From: Mobula hypostoma
Taxonomy: Eukaryota
Direction: 5' to 3'
Assembly (NCBI RefSeq): GCF_963921235.1
Contig: NC_086108.1
Coordinates: forward strand, 57,414,001 to 57,478,000
DNA: 64,000 bases
Part shown: piece by piece, positions 36,601 to 48,600 of the stretch
Layout: every line of letters begins with the position of its first letter
Position numbering within the stretch: position 1 is the first letter of the stretch
Translations under genes and position numbers: made by a program
Notes under the pieces: model-generated
The model's database searches: none
The model's input: only the letters and a program-made list of their open reading frames with translations
What the model was told of the DNA's origin: nothing

Positions 36601-39600
36601 CTGTGAACAGAAAGAAAATTGTCATTGCACTTAAATGATGAAAGAATTTTCAGACAAGAACTTCTTTCTGTACCAGGGCACAGTTTAAACAATCCCTCGC
36701 ACAGCTTGCCCTCTTGCCTGCCTGTAACTGTGAACTCCAGGCTCCCACTCAAGTCCTTTTAAGACAAAGCTTCATATTAAGCAGATAGCTTATCACGTGA
36801 GATGTATGAATGTTAGGTTTTAATTTTCATTGCTCACTTTTTGGGTTGCTTTTATGAAAGAGAAAGGTTTATTTAATATTTCACAGGAATAGACTTGCTC
36901 AAGTGAGGCCAACTGTACCAACAAAGCTAGTTACAAACAAACCACCAATGCAAAGACAGACATTATACAACAATTCAATGTAAAGAAGTCTAAAATCACA
37001 TGCAAGACACTAAATCAAGTTGCTAAGAATTCTATTTGCAATCATGGAGAAAAGCACCCCCTCTCCTTTTAAAGAACATTACAGTTACTCAAGTCCACAG
37101 AATTTATGTGCAGGTTCAAGAGACCTAAAATATTTCCAAAACCTGTGTGCAAATATGCTGTGGAGCTTCATTAATTAGAACTGCACAGATGACTGAAACA
37201 CAATATTGCCAACTTTTGCCAAACTAGAGTCAATTCTGCCTGCTCAGATTCTCACCTTCCCAATCAATTGTAATTAAAAGACAAACTACTCAGGACACAG
37301 TAACAGATTACACCGGTCCTCTCATTACTTGCTACACCGCAAAACTTATCATGAATGACAGTGATGCTTCACTCCCGGATGAGCTCAATGCCATTTACGC
37401 ATGCTTCGAAAGGGAAAATAAAAAGAAGGCGGAGCTTAGGAGAGTTAATGGCGCCTAACGGCAACTCCCTTGTTTGCATCTTCGGAAACAGCTCTATTTC
37501 CATCTTTAATATCTCGATTTTTCCCTTTCAGGGTTCTTTTGAAGCTCCTGACCTGGAGTTACACGCTGACTACGGTTCTTTGCGAGAATGGGACCCGCTG
37601 TCGGGGTTTCACAACTGGCCATTATTCAGCACGCCAAGGGCTCAGCCTTAGAGCTCCACTCGCCTTCAGAGCACTGAGTTTTTGTGGCTTTGGAGACCAG
37701 AGTTGGGGGGTGGGGATTGGAGGTTAGTGTCCGAGCAGAAGATTGGTGTGTCGTGGGAGATAGAAGATCTAAGGCTGTGTGCCCAGAGACATGAGATCTT
37801 TGGGCACTGAGCTCGGAAAAAGCGAAGCAATGGACTTTTAACATTGTAAACTAGTGAGTTGTTTGTTATGTCTCCCCTCTTGCTGTGAAACAGAGGCACC
37901 TCTTTCTCCCTTATTATGTCAAATGCTGGGTGAACAAGTAGTCTTTGGAGTACTCCAGGTCTGTGTCGTTGTCTGTTGCCTTGTTCACACTTGAGTGCTC
38001 GGTGGTGGGTGCCGATGCTTTTTTTGCTGGTTGGGGGGAGGGGGGATTGTTGCTTTCTCCCGCTTACAGGAGGGAGGGGAGCTCGGGGGGGGGACTTTGG
38101 GGTTCTAACATTTAACTGTTGTTCATTCTTTGGGGGCACTCCTCTGTTTTTGTGGATGTTTGCGAAGAAAAAGCATTTCAAGATGTATATTGTATACATT
38201 TCTCTGACATTAAATGTACCTTTGAAACCTTTGAAAAACTACAGCTATCAAGATCCCTGCAGCACCCGGTGACTCTTTGATCTTTGTCTCGGAGGCTGAC
38301 TTCAGGTCATCTTTCAAGAGGGTGCAAGGCGACAATTCCTGATGGGTACCCGGTAGGGCTCTGAAAACTTGTGCCAACCAACTGGCAGGTGCGTTCAAAG
38401 ACATTTTCAATCTCTCATTGCTACAGGCAGAAGTTCCTACCTTCTTCAAAGGGCCAACAATCATCCCAGTGCCCAAGAGTAGGGTGAGTTACCTGAATGA
38501 CTATCGTCCAATAGCACTCACATCTATGGTGATGGAGTGCTTTGAGAGGTTGGTTATGGCTAAAATCAACTCCTGTCTCAGCAAGGACCTGGACCCACTG
38601 CAGTTTGCCTATCATCACAATAGGTCTACATAAGATGCAATCTCATTGGCTGTTCAGGCATTCTTGGATCACCTGGACAATACTAATACTTACGTCAGCG
38701 TGCTGCTTATTGACTACAGCTTAGCATTTAATACAATCATTCCTACAGGTCTGATCAAAAAGCTCCAAAACCTGGGCCTCTGTACCTCCCTCTGTAACTG
38801 GATCCTCAACTTCCTTACCAGAAGACCAGTCTGTGTGGATCAGAAATAACATCACCTCACTAATAATCAACACTGGCACACCTGAAGGAAGTGTGCTTAG
38901 CCCACTGCTCTACTCTTTCTACACCCATGACTGTGTGGCTAGGTGCAGCTCAAGTGACAGCTATCAATTTGGTGACAACACAACTATTGTTGCCAGAATT
39001 TCAGATGATGACGAGAAGGCATACAGGAGCAAGATTCATCAACTAGTTGAGTGGTATCACAGCAAAAACCTTACACTCAGCGTCAGTAAGATCAAAAAAC
39101 TGAAGGTGGACTTCAGAACAGTAAGTCAAGGGAACACATACTAGTACTCATAGAGGGATCAGAAGGGGAAAGGGTGAGCAGTTTCAAATTCTCAGGTATG
39201 TCAGTATCTCTGAGGATCTACCGTGGCATCAACATATCAAAGCAGTTACAAAGAAGGCATGGCAGCAGCCATATTTCATTATGAGTTTGAGGAGATTTGG
39301 TTTGTCACCAAAGACCCTCACAAAGTTGTACAGATGTACAGTTGTACAAATGTGGGAATAAACAGGACCTTTTCAGAATGGCAGGCAGTGACTAGTGGGG
39401 TACTGCAAGGCTCAATGCTGGGACCCCAGTTGTTTACAATATATCTTGATGACTTAGACGAGGGAATTAAATGCAGCATCTCCAAGATTGCGGATGACAT
39501 GAAGCTGGGCAGCAGTGTTAGCTGTGAGGAGGATGCTAAGAGGATGCAGGGTGACTTGGATAGGTTGGGTGAGTGGGCAAATTCATGGCAGATGCAATTT

Positions 39601-42600
39601 AATGTAGATAAATGTGAGGTTATCCACAACAGGAAAACAGATTATTATCTGAATGGTGGCCGATTAGGAGAAGGGGAGGTGCAACGAGACCTGGGTGTCT
39701 TTGTACACCAGTCATTGAAAATGGGCATGCAGGTACAGCAAGTGGTGAAAAAGGCGAATGGTATGCTGGCATTTATAGCGAGAGGATTCGAGTACAGGAG
39801 CAGGGAGGTTCTACTGCAGTTGTACCAGGCCTTGGTGAGACCACACCTGGAGTATTGTGTGCAGTTTTGGTCCCCTAATCTGAGGAAAGACATTCTTGCC
39901 ATAGAGGGAGTACAAAGAAGGTTCACCAGATTGATTCCTGGGATGGCAGGACTTTCGTATGATAAAAGACTGGATCGACTAGGCTTATACTCACTGGAAT
40001 TTAGAAGATTGAGGGGGGATCTTATTGAAACATATAAAATTCTAAAGGGGTTGGACAGGCTAGATGCAGGAAGATTGTTCCCGATGTTGGGGAAGTCCAG
40101 AACGAGGGGTTACTGTTTAAGGATATAGGGGAAGCCTTTTAGGACCGAGATGAGGAAAAACTTCTTCACACAGAGAGTGGTAAATCTGTGGAATTCTCTG
40201 CCACAGGAAACAGTTGAGGCCAGTTCATTGGCTATATTTAAGAGGGAGTTAGATATGGCCCGTGTAGCTAAAGGGATCGGGGTATGGAAAGAAGGCAGGT
40301 ACAGGGTTCTGAGTTGGATGATCAGCCATGATCATACTGAATGGCGGTGCAGGCTTGAAGGGCCGAATGGCCTACTCCTGCACCTATTTTCTATGTTTCT
40401 ATGTACCGTGGAGAGCATTCTAACTGGCCGCATCAACATCTCTTATGGGGGGAGGGGGACACTGGCCAGGATCAAAATAAGCTGCCGAAAGTTGTAAACT
40501 CAGTCAGCTCTATTATGGGCACTAGCCACCCCAGCATCTAGGGCGTACCCTCTTCGCATTGCTACCATCAGGGAAAAGGTACAGGAGCCTGAAAGCACAC
40601 ACTCAGCAATTCTGGAACAGCTTCTTCCCCTTTTCTCAATGGACTTTGAACCCATAAACACTACCTTGCAACTCTTCTTTTGCACTACTTATTTAATTTC
40701 TCTTTTTAATAATATTATATATACTTTACCGTAATCCACAGTTTTATTATGTATTACAATATACTCCTGCCACATAAGAACAAGTTTCACAACATATGCC
40801 AATGATATTAAACCTGATTTTGATTCTCTCAATGTAAAGGGAAGCAAAGTCGAATTGGAAACTTCTGTTTTGACGGAGACATTTAATGATAAAAAATGAA
40901 GCTTACAACCAGATCTAACAATCATTTCATACCATCATCTTCATCCAGTGCATCTGGATGGGGAACAAAGATGGGTTCTGATGGATATGTGTTTGGTTCT
41001 TGCCACATCCAGTGTTCCTTGGTTTTCACATTTAACTTGTATATCTACATGGAAGGAAAAGCATGTTTATGAAGTCCAATTTATTTTTAAGCCCGTAGCC
41101 GCAACTGCTTCTTCACCAAACCCAATTTTACCTTATCTGGAACAAAATGGTTCAGTCCCAGTCCATAAGCAAAAGTATAATCCTTTCCATTGAATTTCTT
41201 ATAGTTAATCTGAGGAAATTCAAAGGCTGTAACACAGAGCACATGTTTTATGAAAATTTCAAACATTCTTAATGAACAAGTTTAGACCCTAGAAAGTTCC
41301 TCTGCAGATCTTTTAGGAGATGTCAGGGGTAAGTTATTTTATGCAGAGAGTGGTGAATGTGTGGAATGGACTGCCGGCGACAGTGGTGGAGGTGGATACG
41401 ATAGGGTCATTTAAGGGACTTCTGGATAGGTATATGGACCTCAGAAAAGTAGAGGGCTATAGGTAACCCTAGGTAAATTCTAAGGTGTGGCACAGCTTTG
41501 TGAGCCGAAGGGTCTTCATTGTGCTGTACGCTTTCTATGTTTCTATGTTTTTTTAAAAGAGAGATCACCTTGCCGAGGTCCTGAGAAAAGTACTTCTGGT
41601 TCCAACCAGATTGTCCCATCTTGCCGAACTGTAGCGGTGGCAGTGGTTGAGTTGAGAGAGATTAAATTTTTTCCATGTTCTACCTGGATGAAGTATAAAA
41701 ACAGTTTACTGTTATTGTCTAATGTTGTCAGTGCACAGGATAAGAATGCTTCATTTAATGTCTTCTCAGAGACTTCTAGAATAGTACTTTACTGAAAAAT
41801 CAACAGAATTCTTGGAGCAGAGATACTGATTGAACGAAATGTTTCCCTAAAAATGGGTTTGTATTGCCTCCACCTGAAAGATCCAGGTTTGGTAAATAGC
41901 TTGGAAAATAAATGATGGGTCCCTGACTTTGCACAAATTGGGTCCAGTGATAGGGTCAGGTACAAATCCAAACTCCTGCTCCTGACCCAAGTATCCGTAT
42001 TTGTTAGCATGGACCAGGCAATCTCTTAGTAATCATTATTCTTTCAAAACAGGATGCTATTTATTCACAATGTGACAGTAACCTACTCGCTCTGTAGAGT
42101 AATGTAATTGGCAGAAACATACATAATTCACAAACACCAACATTTAGTTGGGGTTCACTTTAAGAGGCTGGTCTGACATGATGTGAAGTTCTGTTACCAC
42201 GTTTTTTGTGTTCAGTGTTTGGAGTACAATAAATGAGTTGTTATGGTTTTTATTAAACATAAAACACCTCCGCCATTTTTATTTGTGAGAACCTACACTG
42301 GTGACCCCGATGCTCTAGAATGATTCCAGAGTTATTGATCTTGACAGCCAAAACAGTCACTTTGAAATTGCCGGAGTTTTGGGAGCAAAATGCTGTCGCT
42401 TATTTTGTACAAGCCAAGCCCCGATTCGCACTGTGGAGTCTCCCCTAATAACACCAAATATTTCTATGTGGTAGCATCACTCAGCAACTCCACTTCACAA
42501 GAGTGGTGAGTCTACTAGAACACTCGGCTAAATGTGATAAATATGAATCACCGAAATCTCACCTTTTACAGACTTTTAGAATATTGGAGTCTAGCGCACC

Positions 42601-45600
42601 AAACAGTTGTTCACCTTGCCTGGCCTTGGCAATGCTAAGTCATCGCAGCTAACGGACCACATTCTGTCTTGCCTGGGAAATCACCATCCTTGTTCTATTT
42701 TTAAAAGAACTCCTCACACAGCAAATGCCTGATCGAGTTCGTATAGACCTTGCTAATGCGCGAGGACATAAGGAGCTTGCTAAAGTGGGCTGACAGTCTA
42801 CAGTCAGCCAGGCAGCCATGAATAATTCCTCCTCCTTTCTCTGCCTCAATACGCCCCGGTCAGCAAGGCTCCAGCATAAGGACGCCTGTGGCTGTGAAAC
42901 AGACGATACCAGACCTGTGATTTTACCATGCTCACTTTGGTAGGAATGCTAAGAACTGCTGACCACCTTGCAGCTTCAACAGTGCCAGCACATTGGGAAG
43001 TCAGAGGTTTATGCACACTTTGGGTCCCAGCTGCCAGGGATGTCTACTGTTCATTATGGACTCCCTTTCAGGGTGACGCTTCCTGTGTGACACGGGTGCT
43101 CAAGTGAGTGTGCTGCCAGCATCACCTATTGGTGAGAAGGCAAAAAGTGATGAAGCCTTGCTGGAGGCCGCCAGTGGCAGCAGGATCCAAACTCATGGGA
43201 CACGACAGGTGATGCCTGCTTCAGTGGGCGATGTGACACATGGAACTTCGTCCTGGCTAAAGGACCTCTGCTTGGATCAGATTTCCTGTGTGCCCAAGGA
43301 CTATTAGTTGATCTTAAGAATTGCCAGCTCGTGGATGTCAAGGACTTTGGGTCATTACCCGACTCTCCCAGTAAGTTCTCCACAATGACTCTGTCAAACA
43401 CCTGCACCGCCACACGAGTTTACTTGACTGCTGGGGGAGTTCCCAAAACTCACCAAGCTCACATTCTCCACTACAATCATAAACATTGAATTGAGACCAC
43501 ATTTATACAACTGGCCCAACAGTCCATGCCCTTCCACGTATTCAGGACCCAGGAAAGCTGGCAACCGCGAAGGTTGAGTTTCCCAATTTGCTAAGCCGAT
43601 CGAATAGCCTCTGGCTTTTCCCCTCCATGTGGTCCCCAAGTTTGATGGTGGTTTGTGCCCATGTGGTGATTACCGAGGCCTTAATGACCCCACCACCCTG
43701 ATTGCTACCAAGTCCCACACATCCAAGACTTTTGGGGTGTGTTCCTACTTCCCATCAGGGTGTACAGCCCTCTTGGATTCCTGTTGATCTATATTCTGAC
43801 TCATTTAAAATGGCTCGGCACGGACTAGATGGACTGAAGGGCCTGTTTCTGTACTGTACTTTTCTATGACCCTATAATGTGTCCTTTGGTCAAATCTCCG
43901 GAGGAGAAGGCCCCGAATCCTCGGCTTTGCTTGTTTCGGCGGCCAGGACGAGGTTGAAGGCGCTCGGCAGAGGATGGCGCTCGGGAGGCTGTATTGGAGG
44001 GGCTGGTTGGAGGCTCGAAGTTTTCGGATGGACAGACTCAGTGTCGGCTGTGGTCAAGTGCTACCAAGGCATCGGCAGTTGTCAGTACCTGGAGGTTTAT
44101 GACAGGGAGTTTCTCCCTTTTGCCACCTGCTATCGGGGACTCGGGAGTCAATCGACTCGGGACTTTGAGACTTTTTTTACTATGCCCATGGTCTGTTCTT
44201 TATCAAATTATGGTATTGCTTTGCACTGCTGTAACTATATGTTATAATTATGTGGTTTTGTCAGTGTTAGTCTTTGGTTTGTCCTGTTTTCTGTGATATC
44301 ACTCTGGAGGAACATTGTATCATTTCTTAATGCATGAATGCATTTCTAAATGACAATAAACGAGGACTGAGTGTCCTCATAATCTAATCTAATTTGTTTT
44401 CATCCACCATGATGCACAACAACATCCCCTTAAGCTCCTTTATGACAGCCTGTTCTGCATTTTAGAACGGAGAGAAAAACTTTTATCATAAATAAGAGTG
44501 GTAAACCTGAATATGTTTTGGTAGATCGCATTAAATCGGCCCACTGTGATCTGGCTACCATGCCCCTGCTGTTACGTCATGACCCTGAGCGTGCCATCAC
44601 ACCTCTGGATGAGCCAGGGCACCGACTGTCCTGTACCCATGGCACACAGGATCTGAGCTGGGCAGCTGGCCTGAGCTCTGGACAGGCTGACAATGCCGGT
44701 TTTAGTGAATCCTGGGGCAAGCCGGTGTAGGGTAATGTAATTGGTGGAAACGTACATAATTCACAACCACTGACATTGAGGTGGGGTTCACTTTAAGAGG
44801 CTGGTCTGACGTGATGAGGTATTACATGAAGTTCTGTTACTGTGCTTTTTGTGTTCAGTGTTTGGAGTACAATAAATGAGTTGTTATGGTTTTTCTTAGA
44901 CATAAAAGACCTCCGCCATTTTTAGTTGCAAAAACCTGCAGATTCAGTTTGTGATTCATGTGAATTAAGCTAGCCTGTTGTGGAGTGCAGTGACCAATAT
45001 GCAGACAAATAAGTACTAACTTGACCAAAGGACACATTATAGACTGATAGAAAAGTACAGCACAGAAACAGGCCCTTCAGCCCATCTAGTCCATACCGAG
45101 CCATTTAAGCTGCCTACTCCCATCAACCTGCACTGGGACCTTAGCTCTCCGTACCCCTACTATCCATGTACCTATCCAAACTTCTCCTAAAGATTGAAAT
45201 TGAGCTCACTTGCACCATTTGCCTGGCAGCTCATTCCACACTCCTACAACTCTTTGAGTGAAAAGATTTATCCTCATGTTCTGCTTAAACTTTTCACCTT
45301 TCTCCCTTAACCCATGACCTCTTGTTGTAGTCCTACCAAACCTCAGTGGAAAAAGACTGCTTGCGTTTACCCTATCTATACCCTCATAATTTTGTATAGC
45401 TCTATCAAATCGCCCCTCAATCTTCTATGTTCCAGGGAATAAAGCCCAAACCTATTCAATCTTTCCTTAATACTCAGGTCCTCTAGAACCAGCAATGTCT
45501 CTGTACTCTTTCAACCTTATTTACATGTTTCCTGTAGGTAGATGACCAGAACAGCACACAATACTCCAAATTATGGACCTGTATTCCCAGATCCCTTTCT

Positions 45601-48600
45601 TCTACTGCACTCCTCAGTGCCCCACTGTGTAAGAACTACCCTGGTTGGTCCTACCAAAGTGCAACACCTCACACTTGTCTGCATTAAATTCCATCTGCCA
45701 TTTCTCAGCCCATTTTTCCAGCTGGTTTGGATCCCATTGCAAGCCATGATAGCCTTCCTTGCTGTCAGCTACACCTCCAATCTTGATGTCATCTGCAAAT
45801 TTGCTGATCTGGTAAACCATATTATCATCCATCATTGATATAGATGACAAACAACAATAGACATAGCACCGATCCCTGCAGCACACCACTAGTCACAGGC
45901 CTCCGGTTAGAGGGGCAACCATCTACTACCACTCTCTGGCTTCTCCCACAAATCTAATGTACTACCTCATCTTGAATACCGAAAGACTTTTGTGCAAATG
46001 AATGCATTTAAAAATACTAATCCTTGTCTTTAAACTATTTTGATTGCCAGTTTGCTGGTGTCCATTCACAGTCTCAATTGTAGCTGAGATATAAACAGAA
46101 AATAGTGGAATTATACTCTAATCCTCAGCATCTAAAAAGGTAGAGAGTTTCATATGATGAGACTTTTCAACAAATTGTTGCATAATTTTTTCCATCTGAA
46201 CTCCTGATGTGCACTTTCAGAAGTTCTGTTTTGGTTTTGCCTGATATTGAATTAAACTGTATTTTTTGTAGTTTGGAAGAATGAACAGTTGATCTTGCCG
46301 AAGGATATACAATTCTAAGGGGTGGATGGGGGGGGGTGGGTGGGTGAGTGATGAACTTAATGTTGACGTTGACCTGTTTTCCCTAGTGGGAGAGTCTCAA
46401 GCAAAGGAACATAAAAGATAAGGGGCAGTTACTTACAGACTGAGAGTGCATAAGAATTTCTTCTCATAAAGTGTAGCGCATCTTGGAATTCTCCAGAAGG
46501 AGAATTATAGAGCCTACATGATTGGAGGTATTTGAAGAGCAGATAATTAAAAAAAAAGTCAGGGAATTGACTGTGGGGGACTTGCACAAAAGTGGAGAGA
46601 GACTTGGAGCAGATTAGCCCCGTGATCACAAGGAACGACGGGTCAGATGGCCTGGTACTTCTTTTTCCTGTGTTCTGGTGGTATCAATTTATCTTTGACT
46701 ATTAACCATTTTCATAGCCTGTTGTAACGGAAATCCTTGTCTTTTAGCATCACATAAATTAATACTCACATTGTTTATGTCCAGTGGTAGAACATATCTT
46801 CTAACTTCCGGCTGAGGAGCCTTTTTTGCATTCAGTTTTAGTTCTTCCCAGTTTTCACGTAAATTGGCAAGCCACAAGTAATTGTATATAAACTCAAACC
46901 TGCATTGGGAGGAAAAATTCACAAGACAGAAATTGGATAAAATATTATCAAATTAATTTGGTTAAAAATAAATGATGTACAGCGGTTTAACTATTCATTT
47001 ATCTTTAAAAATGAACAAATATTTATATCTGTAAGTCTTTCTCCACTCTGATTCCCTAATTTTACCACAGAGGAATCACAGCCCATTAAGTTTGCACTTT
47101 ATTACACAGGTCAGGAAAGGAGAGAGAAAAAGAATCAAATGGAGAGTTGACTTATTGTTATGAGCTTTCAGTTGCTGATGTATTGTCAGGAAATGTATCA
47201 GGGTAAGTAAGAAGAAACAGCTTCTTTGCCAAGGAAACTGATTTATGAACGACAAAGATAAGAGAAGGTGGTATGGAGAACCTCTTTTCCCCTCAGAGTT
47301 ATTGTAAAGGCTCTGCTTGAAAGGATGGTGAAGGCAGATTCATTATAATTTCCAAGAGGAGAACTAAATCAACACTTGACGTGTAAAAAAAAATCACAAG
47401 TCTGTGGGGAAAAAATTGAGAATGATAAGGATTATTTAAACTAGCTCCCTCAATATCCAGGCTGAATTGCTTTTAACTATTTTGCACCATTTAATAATTG
47501 GATAGCTTCTTGTCATTTACATCCTGGAAAAACGAGAAGTCAAGGTGGATCACAAGTCTCTCCATGTCAGTTTCTAATGTTATTAGACACTAGACAACTA
47601 CAGCACAGTACAGGCCCTTCGGCCCTCGATGTTGTACTGACCCGTATATTCCTAAAAAAAAGTACTAAACCCACACTACCCCTTCACCCTCTATCTTTCT
47701 TTCATCCATGTGCCTGTCAAGAGGCTCTTAAATACCCCTAATGTTTTAACCTCCACCACCATCCCTGGCAAGTCATTCCAGGCACCCACAACCCTCTGTG
47801 TAAAAAACTTACCCCTGATGTCTCCCTTAAACTTCCCTTCCTTAACTTTGTACATATGCCTTCTGGTGTTTGCTATTCATGGCCTGGGAAACAGGTACTG
47901 GCTATCCACCCTATCTATGCCTCTCAATCTTGTAGACCTCTATCAAGTCCCCTCTCATCCTTCTACACCCCAAAGAGAAAAGTCCCAGCTCTGCTAACCT
48001 TGCCTCATAAGACCTGTTTTCCAATCTAGGCAACATCCTGGTAAATCTCCTCTGCACCCTCTCCATAGCTTCCACATTCTTCCTATAATGAGGTGACCGG
48101 AACTGAACACAATACTCTAACTGTGGTCTTGCCAGAGATTTGGTGAAAGATTTGGAAAGGTATAAATCATCAATTCTTATAAAGAAGTTTTCACTTACCC
48201 CTTCCAGGAGCAAACATCGACAATAATAAAACCACTGTCTTCAAAAGTATTAATGTGATGGAAAATATTAAATGCTGAAGTCCTGTAATTGAATTTATGG
48301 TATTCACCAGTCTTCTTGTTTGCAACGTGGAACCATGTCTGGGAGTAGGAGGCAAAGAATGTTTTCTGTCAAAGTAGAAATTTTACAATATTCCCATCCA
48401 AACATAACACTTCATTGTGCACTCTGTTATTGTTTCATCTTGTATTTCCTCAATGCACCGCTATAATAAATTGATCTGTATGGATGCTTTTGAGACATGT
48501 TTTTCACTGCAGCTCTATATGCATGACAAGAAGAAATCAATTTACCATACCAGTGGTCAATGCGTCCTATATTATAAGGATTGTACATGGCCCATGGTGG

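Larger units (their letters stand above)
37275..40828 (+). mobile_element. Rex1/Babar LINE (RT and 3' end) in RPE65 intron 13, carrying two nested insertions
   Basis: [43 protein letters not shown] and FGDNT motifs; resumes at 40401 and ends ATTAAACCTGATTTTGATTCT. Confidence 0.9.
42093..44940 (+). mobile_element. Decayed Ty3/Gypsy LTR retrotransposon (LTRs 42093-42297 and 44726-44940) in RPE65 intron 10
   Basis: Paired TG...CA LTRs with AATAAA; PBS TGGTGACCCCGA; Gag LKLPEFW and xFYHxxFGxNAKNC; protease [14 protein letters not shown] start [15 protein letters not shown]; integrase tail VDRIKSAH; most of pol deleted. Confidence 0.92.

Noticed and set aside
39223..40128. 301-aa ORF as a host or domesticated gene
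   Set aside because: It is an out-of-frame Rex1/Babar segment fused to a 5'-truncated CR1 RT with a TSD and a degenerate FADD motif.
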